From positions 47,165,303-47,210,209 of the forward strand of contig NC_068982.1 of assembly GCF_001194135.2 (NCBI RefSeq): 44,907 nt of DNA, given 5' to 3'. A model generated the notes under the pieces. The model did no database searches and was not told where the DNA came from. It was given only the letters and a program-made list of their open reading frames with translations. The DNA is from Octopus bimaculoides. Taxonomy: Eukaryota. Position numbers and translations under genes: made by a program. Below, piece by piece: positions 37,853 through 44,907 of the stretch; position 1 is the first letter of the stretch, and every line of letters starts with the position of its first letter.

Positions 37853-38540
37853 GATCACAGCAGATGAAATTCATCTGTCACAGGTGCTGGAGTTCCCATA
37901 TCATGTGGTTTCATTCTGTTGCACCTCATCAGTGGGAAGCACCAGGTGACTGCATGCTAGTAAAAATCTCTATAGAATTTCAGCATCTTTTCAAATGCTG
38001 ATGTTGCAAATAGCCAACAGGCTTATTTAAAATCAATTATTAGCAATGGAAGCTAATAACAAAGTAATTGGTGCTCTTACAAGGCATCCATGTTTAGTTG
38101 GCTATAAAGATTACCTGTTAGGAAATAGCTCAACGCTTGTCAAGTCGCTTATCCTCTTACAAGATATACCTTCACCCTACATTAGAGTACTACTTACATA
38201 ACTAGAACAGTATTGCTGCTATACACACAAGTTTTGTAGATTACATAAAATAAGGCTATATGACAAACTACCACAGCTGTTACAGCATCAGAGAGAATGC
38301 TTTAAGGTGTTTTTTCTAACTTTCAACATTCTGAGCTTAAATCCCACAAAGATCAACTTTCAGGGTTAATAAAAAAAAAAAGTACCAGTCCATGGTGATG
38401 ATGCATTATCGAAATTGTAAGAACATTGAACCTGTCTTGTGATATTTGTTCCAGCCCTTTGCATTCTCAGTTCAAATCTCATCATGGAATATTTGGGTGG
38501 TAGACAATCTATTGCCTGGTTTTTATTATTACTACTTGGT

Positions 38541-38758
38541 AAGATGGTGAGCTAGCAGAATTGTTAGCATGCTGGGCAAAATGCTTAGCAGCCTTTCATC
38601 TGTCTTTCCATTCTGAGTTTGAATTCTGCTGAGGTCAACTTTGCCTTTCATCCTTTCAGGGCCAATAAATTAAGTACCAGTTGAACACTGGGGGATCAAT
38701 ATAATCAACTTACCCACTTTCCCAAAATTGCTGGCCTTGTGCCAGAATCTGAAACCAA
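38541..38758 (+). mobile_element. Family E SINE with probable TSD
   Basis: Same head and gcctttcatcctttcagggg core. Flanks tattactacttgg / tattaccacttgg. Confidence 0.75.
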
Positions 38759-39319
38759 TATTACCACTTGGCACCTTGGGTACCTTTTACAAGCATTCAG
38801 AGTACCTGGGTACTGTGTTACATGCATTCAGATCAGGTTTCCAATTTGAGGTCATCATCCTCCCTCCTTCTCAACTGTCTTGGAGGCCCTGAAGGTCATC
38901 AACACTGCCTTGCGTCCTGCCTAAAAGGTTAAAAAAAAATTACTACATTCACTATCACATCATGCAATGCCCTACCTCTGTTTCCTGTTACTACTCCAGT
39001 GGTCATTCTCTCTGAATTTACTTAATCCTAGAGTCACTCACTTGGTGTGTCTGCTCCTCCTCCTCTCTTTATCATTATTTCTTCTCCCTTTACTTCTGAA
39101 CTAATCATTTTTCCTATCCTTCTTCCCCAGCACTATACTCCTCTCTAACTTTTTATCTGCTTAAATTTTCTTGAGAAATATCAGCCTGCAGAAGTTTAAG
39201 AGGATCAGTTACATACATCATGCTCACCAATCTTCTTGGACCTATATGTACTGTGGTGGTCACTGTTACTCTTTTGCAGGTTAACTATCAAAATTAAGGG
39301 AGAATGAGATGTGACAACA

Positions 39320-39820
39320 GGGAGTGTGAGAGGACAATGTAGTTTTGGACTAAATATTTTCATAACTAAGTTAGTTGCTACTAACACAGAGTTCAAATTA
39401 TGTCAAGGACAATTTAGTCTGTATTTTTGCTTCATAAAATATTTTGATACTTTATATGTATTGCACCCTTTTTCAGTGAATTTTACTTACATTTCATTTT
39501 ATTATAAACACGAAGTTCATATATATATGTGTGTGTGTGTGTAGCATGCACACACACACACATGTGGATTGGTATCTAGGATGTTATAAAATACAAGGAG
39601 TGAAGCACCTGGTGTTTTGTGACATACCAGACACTAATTTCTCATTAAAACATGTCTTTATGAGAAGGTTGCTCCAATATAAAACCTATGACATGCTGTC
39701 CAGGAAAGCTGCCATAAACTTTCACCAATTTCCTGCTGTCATTTTCTCTAAAGGGTGTCGCTTGTCCCACACAAGCTTTCATTATTGTAATCATATATGG
39801 GTGGGTAGTCTAACATGACC
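39320..39820 (+). repeat. Direct repeat copy 1 (paired with 42895-43340)
   Basis: Colinear blocks such as ggacaatttagtct, cttcataaaatattttga, tttttcagtgaattttactta, gaagcacctggtg, cttgtcccacacaagctttcattattgt. Confidence 0.85.
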
Positions 39821-40442
39821 ATTAGGAGATATCATCATCATAGTTTATAACAGTCCTTAAAAAAAAAATCAAGGTATCAAAATGAATATATGAAATATAA
39901 AACTATATAGAGACTGTTCTGTTGTACTATCAGCATATGTTCAACTTGCTAGAAATAAGTCAAATGAGCTTCAAATCACGTCCTACAGTGTTTTTTAAAA
40001 AAGGAAGGATACATCAGATAATGTAGTTCTAGAGTTACTGTTTGAATAAAAGAGTTGATGGACACTGTTAATTGTAAGTCTGTCCAAGTCATCTTTGGCC
40101 GAGCAGACCTATGCTCAAAAGAATTCCAGATGTGACTATTCCATCTTATTTTCAGGAAATATATCTTGCACTGCATTATGCTACATGTCATTTGATTTTT
40201 TGTGGAGGTAGAATGTGATTTGAGGGAGAAATGGTTGCTATTTTTAGCAGGTCGACCACCTATGTGCAGGCTCCAATGTTGGTTCAGTTATCTACTTGTA
40301 TCCTCCTATTGTTTTATGCATAAAATTCTGAAATTAATTCTTCACAATGAGTGTCTTCAATTTTGGGTCATATACTGATTAAAACAGTTTTATAAAAAGG
40401 TCGAAGACGTTTCCATATGACTGGAATCAAGTTCACATATGA
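39731..40442 (+). repeat. Right arm of ~700 bp inverted duplication
   Basis: Matches the reverse complement of 35764-36468. Its outer end lies inside the candidate exon 40400-40472. Confidence 0.95.
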
Positions 40443-40472
40443 AGAATACAAGAGGTTAGAGAAAGAGTTCAT
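40400..40472 (+). CDS. Candidate internal coding exon, unidentified protein
   Basis: ttttataaaaag|GT CGA...TTC AT|gtatgt. The 73 nt are open in phase 1 to 2: (G)RRRFHMTGIKFTYEEYKRLEKEF. Phase matches the 30215-30290 exon. The acceptor is weak. Confidence 0.3.
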
Positions 40473-42894
40473 GTATGTAGCAAGAAAGTGTGTTGGGTTA
40501 TATTCAGCTATTCAAAGAGCAATTAAACACAATATTTGCATCAAACCTTTTCTAACTTCTATTGTTATAGTATTCATACAGCTGCTGTTTTTCTCTGGAT
40601 TAACATCTAGAAAAATTAAGTTTGTAATGCTTATTTAAAATCTATATTCACTTTGTAATTTATATGCAATCAATCAGTCAGTAATTCTCACAGTGCAAAT
40701 GTACTGCAATAAATCTGATTTTCAATCACATCATCTGGTTGTTACATTTTTACCATGGATAAGCTGTGATTAAAAGGGCAGTAATCTTATTTCTTATATA
40801 GATATATGATTAAGTAGACTTACATAACCTTTCATTAAGAGTTTAGTGCTAATTCCAACTGATCAATATTTTATTTCTCTCATTCAGCTGCTAGAAAATG
40901 CCTCTATTTAGTTTTTGGCAACTAAGTAAATATAGAAGGCTTTGGTACACTGTGAGATCATGATAATCCCTTTGCTGGGAGCCTGGTTGAATGCTTGCAA
41001 CATCATGAACTCTGCTAAAGACATGCACATGAGCCAAGTGGGGATGTTAAACCAAGTAGCATGAAGGCCATTTAATTAATTGAGGTAATGTTGCTCATAA
41101 ACACTCTCTTAAACTTCTGGTCCACAAAATCTTCTTTCTCTTCTCTTTACCTCTTCTTCCACCACTGCAGTGCCTTGTGCTACCTCCACTTATTTATCTC
41201 TCTTCTCTTTGTCAAATATATTCTCTCCATCCCCTAGGCCCCCCTATAAACACAATACCCAGTCCATCCTTCTTAGAATGGCAATCATCTGGAATTCCCT
41301 ACACATTTTTTTTTTTTCTGCAGTTATCAACGGAAGTAGAAAATTAACAGCATTAATCTCATCAATCAAGGCCATAGACATAACCTCTTTCTCCAAACCA
41401 ATCCAAAAAATAAAATAAAAGACCCACCTGTTTGGTGGGTGGGGTACCTGAGTCTTTTCCCGGCTTCATAGAATTTAATAATCTCAAGAGATTACTTGGC
41501 TCTTATAGGTATTTTGTAAAGTACAGCTATAATTTTTTTTTGAATATTTTTTTCTCCATTTAGTAAAGTTAAGCTGTGTTGTGATAAAGTTCAAGTAGTT
41601 TTCTTTTTTTCAAAGCTAAGTATCTTTGTGCTTACAAAGTCAATTTCTTTATTACTTTGATTACTTATTTTTTTTTTGATTACCTGTTTCTAGTTAAGGA
41701 TGCTGGTATAGATTTAGCAAAGTATTTGACAAAGGTTAATTATTATTTTATCTACTCATTTCGTTACATAATGGAATAGAGAAATACTTTGCATTCTTCG
41801 AGTGCATTAATATATTGATTTGCAACTTAAATAAAAGGCCATGAATTATGTATGGAAAAACAGTTGATTATATCAACCCCATTATTTGAATGGTATTGAT
41901 ACCTATTTTACCAAACCCTGAAGAAGGAAAAAGCAAAGTTGACCTCTGAGGAATTGTACTCAGAAGACAAAAGGACTAAATATATCACACAGCATTTTGC
42001 CCAACACTACCAATTCTGCCTTAGCCACACAAGAAATGGTTCTTCTTTGAAGTGACACTGCGTTTCACTCATGTCAGTCTTCAAAGGACAAAAAAATAAA
42101 ATTGATTGAACTTGTGTATTTATCATTACTCCTCCAAGAGTTACTGGAAGTTTTCTATTTGATGCATGTTGTTGATATAGAAAGGGTGAAGTAAAATAAA
42201 TGATTTTTCCCTGTTCATAGTACTTAAACTAATCTTATAAATGCTTTGTAAGCCTGGTATTGTATGTAATGTTTAGTCTCAGGTGCATAAACCCTGACTA
42301 CCTCCACTTAGCAATTGATCACTCTATGGCTAATTCTACTTACATATATACCAATCCTTTAAATGACGATAAAACACTAAACTGACAGGTTTTTGTCTTC
42401 AGTTTTACTCACCATTAACTGTTATTTCATGTTTCGGGAAAATGCAATGTATATTAATAAAAGTAAATGTAATGTATAATCTAATAATTTATTCTCTTGG
42501 CTGAATATTTTGTTTTGTTTCTTTTTGTTTTTGCCTATAGATTTTTTTAATACTATTTTCTCTAGGTAATCAATTTATCCATTTAGCTCCTTTTCCCTTT
42601 GTATTGTTTCACTTTTGTCAATATAGTTTACTGTTGTATAAACATTGGGAAGAGCATTTTGTGTTTCATATAGAAAATGAATAATTTAGTGGTATGTATA
42701 TAATCTATAAGCGAGATACTTATATAATCCAGAAGACAATAATATTTATATATACTTATTCTTTTTATTTTGCTTGTTGTCATGTTCATATTGAACAGCT
42801 TAAAGAGTAAATACTGTTAAGGTTGTCAGATGCCTTTTTTTGTGTGTGTGTTGAATATATTATTTCATCTCTAATGCTGTTAATTGTATGGTAG

Positions 42895-43340
42895 TGAGAG
42901 AGTGAGAAGACTAAATATATTATGGATTAAATACTTTCATAACTTAGTTGCTATTTACATAGTTCAAAACATGTCATGGACAATTTAGTCTATATTTACA
43001 CTTCATAAAATATTTTGAAACTTTTAATGTATTGCATCCTTTTTCAGTGAATTTTACTTATATTTCATTTTATTATAAATACGAATTTTGTGGGGTGGGG
43101 GGTATAAAATACTGGGATTGAAGCACCTGGTGCTTTGTAGCATACCAGACACTAACTTTTCATTAAAATCTGTCTTTATGAGAAGGTTACTCCAATAGAA
43201 AACCTAAGACATGCTGTCCGGGAAAGCTGTGGTACATTTTTGCCGATTTTCTGTTATCTTTCTCTCTAAAAGGTGTGGCTTGTCCCACACAAGCTTTCAT
43301 TATTGTGATCAAATTATATGTGTCAGTTGTCTAATAGATC
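42895..43340 (+). repeat. Direct repeat copy 2
   Basis: Colinear with 39320-39820, moderately diverged. Confidence 0.85.
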
Positions 43341-43655
43341 GATACATTTCTGTCACTAAATCTCACAAGAGACACTAACAGAAGAATCAATTTTTCTACT
43401 GATCTGTTGAACTGTCATATATGAAAAGAGATGGGAGAAACCAATGTGTGTGTGTCATTATTCAGTTTTATTTCATGATTTCTTGCCAATAGAGAAAGAG
43501 CCAGTTTCTAACCGAGATAAAATGCTCCTTCATTGGAATTTCAACCACATCAACAGAGTATTTTTGTATGTATGTATATGTGCAGATTTGTATGTTTTGT
43601 TTTATGCATGTATTCTCATGCATGTAGTTGCCTGTCTAGACATGCTCATATATAC

Positions 43656-44210
43656 TTAAATGATTAACTTCTGGAAAGTTTTACGCATTTTTACAAGTCC
43701 AGTGATGGCTTGGATCTGTAGTCTTCGTATCAGCTTTCTCCTTTCTGGTTTTGAGAAGCCTAATTTCTCAAGATTGGTATTTAAGTAGTGTGTTACATAT
43801 TCCACTGTTTCAATAATGACAGGCATAAACCTGAACTTGCAATCTGGATAGAGTAGCTGTAGATTCCTCAGTGGTTCGGTGTAGGTATTTTCTTTTTCTC
43901 TGATCTTTAGCTTTAGGTTAACATCTGCTGGGGAGCTGATTTCCACAGCTGTACACAGTTTCTCTTCTCTATTCTAAATTACTATGTCAGGTGTGTTATA
44001 TATCCATTTTATTGAGCTTTTCATTAGGACATTCCACCAGTATTCCTTTTATCATGAGTGGTTATGGCCTCTACCATACTGTGGGTTATTATTTCTTTGG
44101 CCTTGGGGTTATCCTTCCAACAGATTTTGCTATACAATGTCATAGCTACAACATCATGTTTTATCAGTAGATAATACTGTGATGACATTTTCAGACAACT
44201 GCTTATGATG
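43656..44210 (-). mobile_element. 3' end of an RLE-bearing (R4/Dong-like) non-LTR retrotransposon
   Basis: SCLKMSSQYYL.IKHDVVA..EYWWNV..DRIEKKLCTAVEISSPADVN..EKENTY..IQAITGLVKMRKTFQK, resembling the post-CCHC and restriction-like endonuclease region. Confidence 0.7.
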
Positions 44211-44515
44211 TATGTATGTGTGTATGTATCTGTATGTGTGTGTGTGTGTTTGTGTGCATGTGCATGAGTGCGTAACTCAGCTGTAGAAATGAGTTATGAC
44301 ATTACTGGTATCAAGCTGTATCAGTTTTTCCCTTTCCCTTAGATGACATCAGTGGCATGGAGAGGGGAGGCTGGTATGCATGAGGAACTGTTAGTCTTCA
44401 AATAAACAACCTTACCCAGACTTATGCTTCAGAGGGAACTTTCTAGGTGCAATCCAATGGTCATTCATGGCCAAAGGAGGTCTTTACCCTTTATTTTATG
44501 TATGTATGTACAGGT

Positions 44516-44560
<45 letters not shown>

Positions 44561-44689
44561 TACATATGCATGTGTCCCACTGTGCAGCACATTCAGCAAT
44601 TGTTTTTGCTATCATCCCAGGTCAAACAAAGGCTTGTGAGTGGATTTAGTTGACAAAAATTGAAAGAAATTTGCTGTGTGTGTGTATAT

Positions 44690-44907
44690 ATCATCATCAT
44701 CATCATCATCATCGTTTAACGTCCGCTTTCCATGCTAGCATGGGTTGGACGATTTGACTGAGGACTGGTGAAACCGGATGGCAACACCAGGCTCCAGTTT
44801 GATTTGGCAGAGTTTCTACAGCTGGATGCCCTTCCTAACGCCAACCACTCAGAGAGTGTAGTGGGTGCTTTTACGTGTCACCCGCACGAAAACGGCCACG
44901 CTCGAAA
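44690..44907 (-). mobile_element. Family A young subfamily copy, runs off the window end
   Basis: About 6 differences in ~205 bp from the copy at 120-332. Confidence 0.85.

Noticed and set aside
37884-37945. Exon-like unit containing YHVVSFCC, reminiscent of MBOAT7 CH.VSF
   Set aside because: Wrong phase, and the similarity does not extend to the YL.FFR motif.

Overview
A repeat-rich, AT-rich, intron-dominated animal genomic window from a draft assembly with four N gaps. The repeat families (CORE-like and other tRNA-headed SINEs, a (GAT)n-tailed RTE 3' UTR repeat) point to an octopus or other coleoid cephalopod; this is an inference. The only confident gene feature is the first coding exon of an MBOAT7-like lysophospholipid acyltransferase on the + strand (6217-6434, GT donor at 6435). 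It lies downstream of a CpG-containing promoter that may be bidirectional. I could not find the remaining MBOAT7 exons by eye. The rest is mostly transposon debris: RTE LINE fragments, HERO-like and R4/Dong-like non-LTR fragments, a CR1/L2/Jockey-type RT tail, two maT (DD37D) mariner-like relics, a Helitron, piggyBac-, hAT- and Tc1-type MITEs, several SINE families and microsatellites. The most notable unexplained structure is a recent ~700 bp inverted duplication (35764-36468 / 39731-40442) whose outer end overlaps a candidate exon. That exon splices in frame to another candidate exon at 30215-30290. No CRISPR, rRNA or bona fide tRNA gene was seen, and almost all ORFs in the supplied track are spurious or TE-derived.
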